Source: Macrostomum lignano (lineage: Eukaryota). Taken from it: a stretch of DNA of 64,000 bases. The stretch covers positions 62,001-126,000 of the forward strand of contig NIVC01002616.1 in assembly GCA_002269645.1 (NCBI GenBank), in the 5' to 3' direction. This document shows positions 51,674 through 64,000 of the stretch, one piece after another. The notes beneath the pieces were generated by a model. The model did not search any database, had not been told where the DNA came from, and saw only the letters and a program-made list of their open reading frames with translations. The position numbers and the translations under genes are program-made. Positions within the stretch are counted from its first letter, which is position 1; each line of letters starts with the position of its first letter.

Positions 51674-54600
51674 TCGGTGGACACAAGGACTTCTAGACTA
51701 GCTAGTCTAGAAGTCCTTGGGTGCACATACAGATGATCAGACTGTATAAAAGTCCGTCAGTCGTGTCAGACAACTGCTCGTGGAGTCATTTTTAAATAAG
51801 ATAAAATTTGTTTTAGTCTGCATGGTAAATTGTCTTCTATATCGCTTCTGTTGTGTCTGAAAATACAATAGGCAATACTCTTTATATTGAAATTGGCTAT
51901 TTAAAAGATAGACAGCTGTGAATAGGTTTTTAATTTGTCTGATGCTATAGTCTATTTCTTATTCCGGCACTAATTTAAATGACAAAAATTTTACCTCTCC
52001 CGGGGTCGTTCTCAAAGCTAGGTCACAACTTTTTGTTATTGCAAAAAAAGTTTATACATCGACCAATAATCGTACAAAAAAAATTATTTCGACAATTTCT
52101 GTAAGAAGCTGCTACTAAAACCACAAGAAAACTTGAAATTGAGAAGAAATCAAGGCTATTTGTTATTCTTTGTTGCGGAAAATAAACGACAAAAATATTA
52201 AAGAGAAAATAAAATTTTCTTCTATTTTTATTTTAAATATGCAGTTAAATTTCTTTTGCAAAAATAAAAGAACAAGAAATTGACAAAGGAAATGTTTTTG
52301 AGCACAGCATTTTGTTACTCTGCTCTAAATCCCAGACATTTAAAATTATCGTGTGCGAAAAAGTGCGAAATTATTATAGCATGCACTCGAAAGGACTTCG
52401 ATCAGTTTAACTAATCACTGAATTAAGAAGTCTAAATAAGTCTTGAAAAGTTGAATTAAAAATCAAGTTTTCACTATGTATCTTTTCAAAGTCAAGATGA
52501 TTCGACAAATAAAGAATGTTCATTTTTACGGTGAATAGAATTGTTCATTTTTACATTAAATATAATAAAATCTAACTAATAATAGAAAAAGTCAGGGAAC
52601 TATCCTTGAACACCAAAAAGCACATTGTGGATTTAATATCAACTGCATGTTCCTTAATAAAGGAATTCGGATTCTAGTATATATTTGATTATTTGTAGCA
52701 TAATTTCTGAAAACTATAACTTGCTTGATTTTACTTTAAGTACTTATTACATTAATACTTATACCAAAGCTGCATGTACTTAAAATAAAAAATTATAGTT
52801 ACTTATTAGACATTTTACTCCAATTAACTTAAAATAATTCAAATTTATTTTAATCAATTCATTTTTTGAAACTTTTTGGAAAATAGACAAAATTGAATTA
52901 TTTAATTACCAAAAACCTACTAGCTTAACTAAAATAGCAGTTAGTCTTTAAAAAAAGATTTCACTTGTTAATTGAGAAAAATGAGGGTGTGCGAGGTGTA
53001 AAAATGCGAAAGAGCATGCAGGAAACAGAGACAAACAAAAATGTAGGTAAAAGACACTGCACATGCACATAATATGATAACCAGACATAATGCGCACACT
53101 GAAACACCAGTAGCAATGACGCCCAAGCTTTTGATGATCACAAGCGAAAAGGCAAAACCCAGCCATCAATCAAAGAAGTAGACTATAGCACGCATCTTGA
53201 GTGCATCACGCATTTTTTGCAGAGAAGCTCGAAAATTAACATTGTATTCTGTGCACAACCACCAACTGCGACAGGGTCTGCCGGGGGATTTGTGGGCACG
53301 CGGTCGCGGATACAAATCGGAGGAGTCGCTGACCATTCTGAAATTACTAGCTAGTACATGTAATTTTGTGTATTAATATATTTAGCCCGCTTTATTTCTA
53401 TGCTCTCGTCCGCCTCTCGTTAATGCATCCCCAGACTCATGGAATAATCAAACTTATGATCGAACTATGCATGGCTTCCGTCCCTCGCTTTGAATCTCTC
53501 ACCTCCCCATAGTTCCATCAACCTTACCGTAGTGGCTTCCTATGCAAAAATCATCCCTCCGCATCTTACACAGGCTACTTCAGGCTGTAGACTGTACTAC
53601 ACTATTAATTAGTTGCGCTAAGGAATCTACATGTATTTTGCTCGCAGCGCAACGCGCTGCTCAAAGAAGTTTAGATCTATCTAGATATTCTAGTAATTTC
53701 AGGTTTGTCCATAGACTAGAGCTCATGAGATGAGAATTCCATTAACTAGTACATTTAATATGAATGAACTGCGTGTGTGTGTGCTGTGCATACATATGTA
53801 TAATATACGAGTAGTTTATGGGCCAAATTATTGTGTGGCACAATTCTTGGCATCACTCAGCAGGCACAAGATGCAGTTAAGCAGCGCACGAAAATTCTAC
53901 AAAAGAAATTGAGCCTGGTTGAGGTGATGCGAGGAGGCAGATCCACACAATCTCAGTGAATACACCAGACTGCACCAGATACGAGTCCAGTCGAATGTGC
54001 GCACTGGTCTAAGCAGCACACGCATGTCCTTCTGACAATGACGGCACCTAGCTTCGTCCAAGCCTTTGCCAGCGTCACTGACAGCGTCAATACTACCATG
54101 CAGTGCCACCTGCAGCACCGACAACGGCAATTCCTCCAGTTAGCCCACAACAGTGGCTAAACTGAGGGACATGGAACCTACCCGCAGAAGACACACACAT
54201 ACACACACAGCACCGGCAGCAGCACTCTGACAGCATAACCTAAAGCTCCATGAGCTCAGTTTTCAAGCATTGAAGAAGCAGAAGCAGTCATCTTGAATCC
54301 AGGGATCAGGAAGAGTGTTGCATGTCCGACATGTGCTGTTTCCGTGGCAAAAGGTGATGGAGCAAATTAATCAACACTTACTATCTAGCTCGTATTAAGA
54401 CTAAAAAACTGAGGCAAGCTGGGATTAAACCAAAGAAAATTTTTTACTATACTTTTTTACCATGTACTTTTACTATACTTCTATAGTATAGTAGAGAGGT
54501 ACTCTATTTAAATGCAGTAAGAAGTGAAACAAATTTATATATTTAATTATTAAAATTAAATTAATTCAAGGTAAATAACTAATTTAACCAATTTATTAGA

Positions 54601-56659
54601 AGTATTTAATATTTTAATAAATTGATTTTTATACCTTACACGAAATAAGCTCTACATTCATTTCTTAGCTTGGGGCCCATCTGTATAAGGTCAGTTTCTT
54701 CAAAATGCTGATTAATTAATTAAGGCCTGTTGTCTTTACTTAAATTTATAAGGGCATCTTAGAAGTTAATATTACTATATAATACATGTATAATATTATT
54801 ACTATATTATAATAATATAGTTGCAATTTTAATGACTATTGAATAAGTCTAAATGCTTCCCCTATTGACTCTAAATATATGGTATCTTTACCTTCAGAAA
54901 AAATTAGCATAGAATGACTTGATGAAAACAAAAAAAATCATTTCGAGATACACATTTGCTGATCATTCAGGTCAAATTTCAAGGTCCAGTTTTGCACATG
55001 TTTCTCTGTAGCTTGGTTACAAGGATTTTAATAAAAATATAATAAATATGTCCAATGTACTAACTGATACATAGCCAAATTGAAGTATTTTCAAAAACAA
55101 AAAAAATCATTTGCTCAGTTTACTTTACTGGATATCTGTGTAAAATTTCAGCTCAAAAGGTGCTCCATGGAGAATGCTAGTGTGGTTACAGGATATTTAT
55201 TTTGTGCTTCAAAGTAGGAGTTTATTGCGATGCATGGTTGCTTTTAATTATTTTTATCAACAATAGTGCTCTATTTCATAACAATTTTTTACAAAAAGAT
55301 AAAAAGACATGTTTTTCTAATTATCTGCATCAAAATGTATCATTTTAAGCGCACATTCTAGACGTCAGCTGAAAAAATACATTTTGTGAGACGCAAAGAG
55401 GCTATCCCACCGGAAATGCTAGGCGTACAGTTAAGCGTCTATAAAATCATTTATAGTGCAGTTTATTGAGCTTTAAAAAAATCTTAAATTAAATTTATAT
55501 AAGCTTTAATTTTAAATGTAATATAGCAAGGTTTCAACACAACAACAACTTTTTTTTAGCTACAGACATCTTGTAGTACCAAAAATTAACATCGGTGAAA
55601 TGATTGAATTTGAATTTTTTCATCGCTAATTATCGCTTAATACCGCCAGATGATTAAAAAACACTTTTGCATGATAAAGTTTAACCCAAAAATTATCTTT
55701 ATTCACAGATAAAAGTGTCCTATTATTTTCAATATGGCAGTAACAATAGTAAATGTTCGGAAAATTGTTAAAATTTTTGCTCCTCCTAGAATTTGCGAAC
55801 GACCCCCCGAGGCCATGAATGAAGAATACTAGCCTAGTATGTAATACGAGGGGTGTTTTAAAAGTAACGAGATTTTGTTAGAACTTTAGACTGAATGAAC
55901 TTATGAACTTGAAATTTTATCCAACAATTTTATACATTAAATACATTAACTTTATTTTGAGCCTTGTATAGCTGTGTAATCGTTGATGATGATGAAAGTC
56001 CCCTCGAATTTTAGAAAGACCCCTCCCTCTACCTCGTACAATACAATTTAATTGATCTAGGCGGTATAACATTGGACGGCAATGTTGAACTTATAATAGA
56101 ATACCTGATTCGTCTCTGTTACTTTAAGTTTGATTACATTAATTTACAATACAAAGAATAAAACTCCCTCAATTCCCTAAAAATACCTAGGGCTAGGCTA
56201 GGCCTAACTAAACACTGATTGTCCAATGTCCAAACGACCAAAGTTACATAAACTTAAACTGAACTTACCGAAGCAGTGAATGCTTTGGCTATTATTGGAT
56301 GCCTGAATTCTGTTGTATACTTTTCTTTTTTATTATACTAATAGGCCTAGGCCTAACTAGGCCTAGATTTATTCTGTCATGCTAAAATATGTAGGCCTAT
56401 TCTTTCCTATTCTATGCTAGCCTGTAATACTAGTAGGCCTACCTAGTATTGGTGGTTTTTATTTGCATGATAAATAAGCAAGAATCAGACATCATTTTTT
56501 CAAATGATTAGGGGCCTACTAACCTGTCCTAAGATGTGATACTTGTATAAAATTAGAGGCTTTTATATTTTAAATTGAACTTAAGGTAAAGAATAGGCCC
56601 CTAAGTTCTAGGATTTAAAATTAAAATATAACACATTAATAACAATATATCAATAAAAT

Positions 56660-56699
<40 letters not shown>

Positions 56700-57973
56700 G
56701 ATTTTATTCCTAGGCCTATCTGCCTATGGCTATAGTACTAGTAGGGCCTAACAGTTTTTATAGGCCCTATTAGGTTAGGCCTACTATATAAGTTTCACAT
56801 TACAATAGGCTTATCCTATATTAATATTTTATAAGTTTTTGGAATAGGACCTATATAATATAATACTAATTAGGCCTACGGGTCAGTTAAGATCTCAATC
56901 TCAATCATCTAAATCTTGGCACTTTTTTCAATTTTGATTTCAGTTTTGAGATCTCAAAAAATGTCAAGATTTGCAATTATATAATTATTTGTAACTATAA
57001 TATTATTTGGTTATGGCTAGAGGTTGGATAAGATCTTGATTGTCAAAATATCAATACTTTTTTGAAACTCAATCTTGGTTTTAAGATCTCAAAAAAGTCA
57101 AGATTTGTGACTAGGAGACTAGGACCATTGTATTGATGACTGTGACTGACTATTATCATATATTTATTTTTTATTTACATCAAGTTACTAACGTTAACAA
57201 GCTTAGTATTATATAATAATTGTTTTTCCTTCTACAATATTTTATCATCATTATACACATACACATTTAGCAAATAATATTATTAGCCCTGATGGATAAA
57301 ATAGTATAAATAAGTCTATTTAGATAAGTCTAGATGCTAATTAGGCTTCATCTTAAATCTTGATTGATTCTCAACTATCTTAAAGCATAGATCTCAAGTT
57401 TAAAAAATCTCAAAAATGTGGCATTATCTAACCCTTAGTTATAGTGATTTTTTAGTTTGTTTTCTGATATTATTTTTAAGTTTGAGTTAGTTCTGCAACA
57501 TAATAGTAGAAAATAATGTCTGGCCAAAAGGGATAAAAATGGTATCAGAAAATTTTCTAGCCTCTAGCTCTTATCTACTGCTTTATCTTTTACTTTATCT
57601 ATTGCTTTATATATCACTATATCTACTGCTATATATATCACTAAGTTTATTGCCATATCTGTTGCTATACAAGGTGGATCCATTGAAATGTCACATTTTC
57701 ATTTTTTGTTTTTATTTTTTTGGTTTTTGGCATATAAAAGCTAAGCACATAGGGTTTTGCTTTTATATCTGTATTTGACCTGTGAGATAAGTTTTACAGA
57801 AATTGCTCATACTATGTCTGCATATGAGGAGATCTGTCAAAAGATCTTTGAGAAACTTCAAGCAGGAGAGCCTCCTATATCAATTTCTTGGCATCTTGGA
57901 ATTTTGAAAAACCAAGTCTATTGAACCAAGCAACTTTTTGTGGTAACTGGTAGTGTTAAGGCATGTCATGGAG

Positions 57974-58370
57974 TAGAGGTCAGACGGGATTGAAATCTTC
58001 GGGTGGGATCGGAATTGGGAAAAATTTTTTCTCGGGATCGGGATCAGGATCAGGATTCAGGAATTGGGATCAGGTCTTTTAGTGTATTGTCCATGTAAAG
58101 TTAAACAAAATTGAGAAAAGATTGTCAAGATCAAGAAGTAAAACACAACAAAATTGATATGAAGTTTTGTAACCAACAAAGTAAATAATGTAATGAGTAC
58201 AAGTTAAAGCAAAATACCTTCAAGTAATCACTAATTCTATAAATTATTAATTGAAAGACCTGTTCCCGAATCTCGAATTTTTTAGGGTCAGGATTCTGGT
58301 CTTGCGGAAATTCAATTCTCCTCGGATCTCGAGATTTCGGGATCAGGGTTGGGATCTCGTCCAACCTCTA
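57974..58370. mobile_element. 397-bp hAT-like MITE
   Basis: TIRs TAGAGGTCAGACGGGAT / TAGAGGTTGGACGAGAT; perfect TSD TCATGGAG. Confidence 0.9.
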
Positions 58371-58719
58371 TCATGGAGGTGGGTATAGTCATACTGCTCA
58401 CAGGGACCAAGTATTGGTCATTTCTTCTATTGGCAGCTACATTGACAAAAATTTTTTCATCTAAGAAGAAGTGCACTAGGTGTAGATACAACCAGCTAAG
58501 CAGTTGCTTGTCTTGTATCTTTCTAATGAATTTCTAGGCTTCTAAACAAGAAATGCCAACAAACTAGAAACTACTAACTCTGTTTTTCACTCTAATATCA
58601 TCTTTGAGCAGTTGGTTCATTGTCTTGTTACTCTTATACACTATTCCATAGTCCCAAAAGCTGTTGAGAACTTTGTCTTGGGTTCCTACAGATGCACATT
58701 TTTACAGCCTTGATGACAT

Positions 58720-59290
58720 TTTTTGTGGCTATGTAAGTATGTAAAAGATATCCCAGACAATGCTCGTATGGTGCAGTGCAGCAAAAATCTTGCTTCTGTC
58801 ATGGTACTAGGGGTCATCAGCTCTGGACAAAAGTGCCCCCCCCCAATTTTCATTGACCCTAGTGCTCAGCTCAATGCTGTTGGCTGGGGCCTATCAAGAG
58901 CTGCTGCAAAACAAAGTGCTGCCATGGCTAAATCAGCACTACCCAAGTGGCCAATATGTATTCTAGCAAGATGGTGCACCTGCACATACTTTGACAACCA
59001 TGCTGACCTTCCTATCAAAGAATTTTGCAAGTTATTGGCCAAAAGACTTCTGGCCACCTTTGCCACTAGATCTTAATCCACTAGATTATTATTTCTAGGT
59101 GCAAATGGAGTGTGAGGTATGTCGCATATCTCACCACAATCTCAAGTTGTTGCACACCTCCATCTCAAAAGCATGTGATAAAATCCCATCAGCTGAAGTG
59201 CAAAAAGCTGTTGGTAGATTTCAAGCTGGGCTGTAGAAAATTGTAGAAGTAGATGGCAGTTACATTGAATAAATTTGTTCCTGATAGTGT
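58720..59290 (+). mobile_element. Decayed Tc1/mariner (maT/DD37D-like) transposase remnant
   Basis: ASVMVLGVISSGQK..PIFI; F*QDGAPAHT; WPPLPLDLNPLDY (cf. WPPxSPDLNPLDY); frameshifts and stops. Confidence 0.8.
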
Positions 59291-60754
59291 TGATCATTTA
59301 CCAAATGCATTTTTGCTCTGCACTTTTGCTTGTTTGAATCAAGTCAAAATATACTCAGTACTAAAAAGTGTGACCTTTCAATGGATCCATCTTGTATCTA
59401 TCACTCTAGCTACTGCTCCATTTACTTCTCTATAAACTGCTCTATCTAGTGCTCAGAGGCACTGTGTTCTAGTACCAATTCAAACTCAATGTCATAAGAA
59501 AATAAAATAAAATAATATCACAAAGCATACTAGAAGCAAACCATATTATCATGTTAACAATGTTACCATGTTAACGATGTTATCATTGTTTTTCTTTCTA
59601 TTATCATCATAGTATACATTTAACAAGTTATAATATTAGCATTAATAGATAAACTATAGTATAAATATGCCTACTAGATACTAATTAGGCTTAATTTCAA
59701 ATCTCAATTGAATCTCAATTATCTCAAAAGTAATAGATCTCAAGTCTAAAAAATCTCAACAATTTGATATTGTCTGACCCTAATACTTATGTCTATAGTT
59801 ATAGTCATATACAAATGGTCCTTTTTATCTGTTCTTAGGGCATATATGCAAATGGTTATTCTTACATGCAAGTTAAATCTGTAAAAAAACTAAGAAATCA
59901 TTAAATTATAGTTTGTTTTTTGAGCTAAATAAAAAATTGAGATTTAATATTATCAACAAATATTTTTGTTATATTCGTAACCATATCTTTTCCAAAACCC
60001 TATAAATATAAGCCTATATATAAGCCTATTTCACCACAAATAAAACAGACCTCTCCCATTTTGAAAACTCTTGCTTATGTTCTCAGATAAAAACTACTTA
60101 TAAATATAGAATTCCTAAATGAGTTATTCAATTTGGAGTCATTAGACTGAATAAGATTTGCAGTGCTAAGTAATATTATGGGCCTATAGTTATATACTAA
60201 GTCTATTTTCAAATATAGGATTAAAGTTGCTTAGTGCATTTTCCCCTCAAGGATTTTCTGGATTTATCCCTGATTAAAAAATAGGGATAGAGTGAAATAT
60301 GTATCCTATTACTAGTTTACCTTGGTCAGCTTTGTCATTTCTATAAGTCTGGCAGAAATCCAACAATATTCTTAGCTTAATGCTTGAACCACATTTTGTA
60401 TAGTTAGTTTTACTGCCATTGATAAATACTTATATTGCAAAGCTTGCTATTAAATATTCATATACAAGCTATTAAAACCTGCAGATTTTTAACTCACTGA
60501 GTTCTAATCCTTAGAACATTTTTGCAAAATTTCTTTAATTTAATTTCTTTAATAACTCAAACAAAAACTTGTTAATAGTTAGGATATAAGTTTGAAGAAA
60601 TGGAGTAAATTTTTGTTAAATTACATCTTAACTATCTTAATTTAAAGTTCAACAAGTACCTCATTTTGGAAATATTTCTGCCTTAAATTCTGTCAGATTT
60701 TATTTGGTTTGCTGAAATTCCAAATTCCAACAAAATATTAGTGATAGTGAGCCA

Positions 60755-60871
60755 ATGTCTGCAAATAATGATGCCACAGCTTATGAACAGTGCCTTAGAC
60801 GATCGCTGGCTGCAATTCTGATTGACTGTGGATTTCAATCCAGTACTAGAAGGTGTCTTCGCTTACTCCAG
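60755..60871 (+). CDS. TAF8: TFIID subunit TAF8, coding exon 1 (bromodomain-associated histone fold)
   Basis: YEQCLRRSLAAILIDCGFQS; CAG/GTTAGC donor in phase with the acceptor at 62031-62032. Confidence 0.82.
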
Positions 60872-61169
60872 GTTAGCTTATTTGCTGGTTATTGTGTAAT
60901 AGCACTCGAGAATCACATTGGCCGCCCCAAAGCCCTTAAGAATGGCTTTAGACACCCTGTTGAAAACCTCACCGTACCCAACAAGTCATGGTGTTAGCGC
61001 TTAACTGTCTACTAGCTCAAGTAGACCAAATAGTAAACTTAGTAATTCTACAGAGACTTTAGCACGGCTCAAGACTGGGATCGCTTTCATAAGTCCGAAA
61101 TTGCACAACGTCGAAAGCTTCCGTCCGTTTCGGTCTTCTGAAGCCCCCTCCTCCTAGAGTCATTATAGA

Positions 61170-61948
61170 AGCGTCACCCCAGAGTCGCTTGCGTCACCCC
61201 AGAGTCGCTTGCATCACCCCAGAGTCGCTTGCGTCACCCCAGAGTCGCTTGCGTCACCCCAGAGTCGCTTGCGTCACCCCAGAGTCGCTTGCGTCACCCC
61301 AGAGTCGCTTGCGTCACCCCAGAGTCGCTTGCGTCACCCCAGAGTCGCTTGCGTCACCCCAGAGTCGCTTGCGTCACCCCAGAGTCGCTTGCATCACCCC
61401 AGAGTCGCTTGCGTCACCCCAGAGTCGCTTGCATCACCCCAGAGTCGCTTGCGTCACCCCAGAGTCGCTTGCATCACCCCAGAGTCGCTTGCGTCACCCC
61501 AGAGTCGCTTGCATCACCCCAGAGTCGCTTGCGTCACCCCAGAGTCGCTTGCATCACCCCAGAGTCGCTTGCGTCACCCCAGAGTCGCTTGCGTCACCCC
61601 AGAGTCGCTTGCGTCACCCCAGAGTCGCTTGCGTCACCCCAGAGTCGCTTGCGTCACCCCAGAGTCGCTTGCATCACCCCAGAGTCGCTTGCGTCACCCC
61701 AGAGTCGCTTGCATCACCCCAGAGTCGCTTGCGTCACCCCAGAGTCGCTTGCATCACCCCAGAGTCGCTTGCGTCACCCCAGAGTCGCTTGCATCACCCC
61801 AGAGTCGCTTGCATCACCCCAGAGTCGCTTGCGTCACCCCAGAGTCGCTTGCGTCACCCCAGAGTCGCTTGCGTCACCCCAGAGTCGCTTGCGTCACCCC
61901 AGAGTCGCTTGCGTCACCCCAGAGTCGCTTGCGTCACCCCAGAGTCGC
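61170..61948. repeat. 20-bp minisatellite (CCCCAGAGTCGCTTGCGTCA) in TAF8 intron 1
   Basis: About 39 units with a G/A variant. Confidence 0.97.
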
Positions 61949-62032
61949 AGACAATAAAACGCCCCAAATTGACTCTTAAACCGCACGGTTGATGCCCCGA
62001 ACTGCAGAACCCGCACCATTTGCACCAATCAG

Positions 62033-62845
62033 GCCGCTCTCGAGCACTTTCTCAGCCAAGTTGGCCAAAGCGCCCGAGCCTACGCTGAGGCCTGCGGCCG
62101 TACCCAGCCAGTACTTGGCGACGCCACAATGGCTCTGGTTGACTATGGCGTCACCGTATCCTCGCTAATCGATTTCGCCAGACAGCCCAGACCAGCTGGC
62201 ACTGGCGGGCAGCAGCAGCGTCAGCAGCGCAACATACCGGCCGTGTTTGGTCACGACTGGCTGGCTGAAGCCGCTCTGAAGCGGCAATCTACAGCTGCTA
62301 CTAGCGATAGAAGAGCTCAGCAGCAGACAGACAGGCCCAATCACATCCCGGATCATCTGCCGCCTTATCCGCGGCCGCACACATTTGTATCAACGCCTGC
62401 ATTCCGTCTTCGCCGTTGTCATTAACAACAGCGAGCATTGGACGATACTAGCACTAATCATCACAATACTACTAATAATAGTAGTAATAATGATCCGTTA
62501 GACGATCTGCTAGATCAGCAATCCGACGATGTTGACATTTATCGTCGACGCGGCGCCGAGCACCGACGCCAGACAGAGCTGTCGCTAACCAGATTCTTAG
62601 CCGCCACTGGCCAGACTCATTCCCTGTTCCCAGACGAATTCACTGCTGCAGCTACAGCAGCTTCTAATCCGTTTCGATTGACAGCTAACGAGCTCAGTGC
62701 TAAGCCCTATGTGGCCGCTCTGACTGGTGGCGATGCTCAACGGCATCAGAGCTCAGAATCTGCCAGTCCGTCATCTCTGTCGCCTGGGAAGCCGCGGCCG
62801 AATCACCCGAATCCTTATCTTAGGCCGGCTAAATTCCCGCTGTAA
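62033..62845 (+). CDS. TAF8: TAF8 main coding region, interrupted by an in-frame TAA at 62423-62425 (cryptic intron or nonsense allele)
   Basis: LSQVGQSARAYAEACGRTQP; PNHIPDHLPPYPRPHTFVSTP; RRQTELSLTRFLAATGQTHSLF; PYVAAL; NPYLRP. Confidence 0.85.
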
Positions 62846-63074
62846 AGGTGTTTTTTTGTTAATTTAACACTGTGTTTTTCGGCGCTGGTTCTGTTGATAA
62901 TTTCATCGATTTTGACCAGTGAAATAAAAGCACAAATCCTATATAGTAAAAAGTAACACTAATTGTTTTTTTATAACAATATTTTTTCTATTTTCTGATT
63001 TTCTAATTTTTAGTAGGTAGGATGTTAGTATCCAGTCTATACTTAGTGTAATTTTATAATAATTGACTGCATCA

Positions 63075-63885
63075 TTCCTTTAGTGACCCCCTTGCCCCCC
63101 TCCCAAAGTCCCTTAGTGACCCCGTTGCCCCCCAAAGTCCTTTACTGACTTTGCCTTTACTCCTTTACTGACCTCTGCCTCCCTCACAGTCCTTTAGTGA
63201 CCCCGCTGCCCCCCTCACAGTCCTTTAGTGACCCCGCTCCCCCTCACAGTCCTTTAGTGACCCCGCTGCCCCCCTCACAGTCCTTTAGTGACCCCGCTCC
63301 CCCTCACAGTCCTTTAGTGACCCCGCTGCCCCCCTCACAGTCCTTTAGTGACCCCGCTCCCCCTCACAGTCCTTTAGTGACCCCGCTGCCTCCCTCACAG
63401 TCCTTTAGTGACCCCGCTCCCCCTCACAGTCCTTTAGTGACCCCGCTGCCTCCCTCACAGTCCTTTAGTGACCCCGCTGCCTCCCTCACAGTCCTTTAGT
63501 GACCCCGCTGCCTCCCTCACAGTCCTTTAGTGACCCCGCTCCCCCTCACAGTCCTTTAGTGACCCCGCTGCCTCCCTCACAGTCCTTTAGTGACCCCGCT
63601 GCCTCCCTCACAGTCCTTTAGTGCCCCCGCTGCCTCCCTCACAGTCCTTTAGTGACCCCGCTGCCTCCCTCACAGTTCTTTAGTGACCCCGCTGCCCCCC
63701 TCACAGTCCTTTAGTGACCCGCTGCCTCCCTCACAGTCCTTTAGTGACCCCGCTGCCCCCCTCACAGTCTTAGTTAACCCTGCTGCCCCCTCACAGTCTT
63801 TTAGTGACCCCTGCTGTCCCCTCACAGTCCTTTAGTGACCCCTGCTGCCCCCTCACAGTCCTTTAGTGACCCCGCCGACCCCCTC
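63075..63885. repeat. 29/31-bp minisatellite (CCTTTAGTGACCCCGCTGCCTCCCTCACAGT)
   Basis: About 25 units, with an alternating 60-bp dimer in part of the array. Confidence 0.95.
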
Positions 63886-64000
63886 TTAGTATAAATACTA
63901 AAGCAGAAATATTTTCTGTTAACGTACTTTTTACCTACTGGAAGTAGTGCACATTAAAATAGATATTGTACATTTTCAGCAGCGATGCGGCTTCGCTGCA

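Noticed and set aside
55845-56040. Short mariner-like MITE (TACGAGG...CCTCGTA)
   Set aside because: The terminal match is only about 7 bp, too weak to call

Overview
Eukaryotic, intron-containing animal DNA with GC/CpG-rich exons, poly-Q/poly-P tracts and AT-rich or minisatellite-filled introns. The style suggests a free-living flatworm such as Macrostomum, but that is inference only. Four consecutive minus-strand genes were reconstructed exon by exon with consistent splice phases: PAS kinase (27973-40511, about 845 aa), RGS12/loco-like PDZ-PTB-RGS-RBD-GoLoco (15953-24351, about 1120 aa), GRASP55/65 GORASP (7786-14580, about 337 aa) and ciliary RIB43A (2710-6062, about 379 aa). On the plus strand there is a TAF8 gene (60755-62845) with an in-frame TAA inside TAF8_C, and an orphan terminal exon (653-1061). 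Most introns carry a tandem array. One of these is a 7.1-kb 20-mer satellite with a duplicated 3.0-kb higher-order block. Also present are decayed mariner, maT and RTE-like remnants, several TIR elements with 8-bp TSDs, a 5.3-kb degenerate inverted duplication (about 44.8-50.2 kb) and sharply bounded CpG-depleted domains. There are no prokaryotic features, CRISPR arrays or recognisable RNA genes. I found no clearly new protein-coding system; the most interesting signals concern repeat biology, splicing and mutation.
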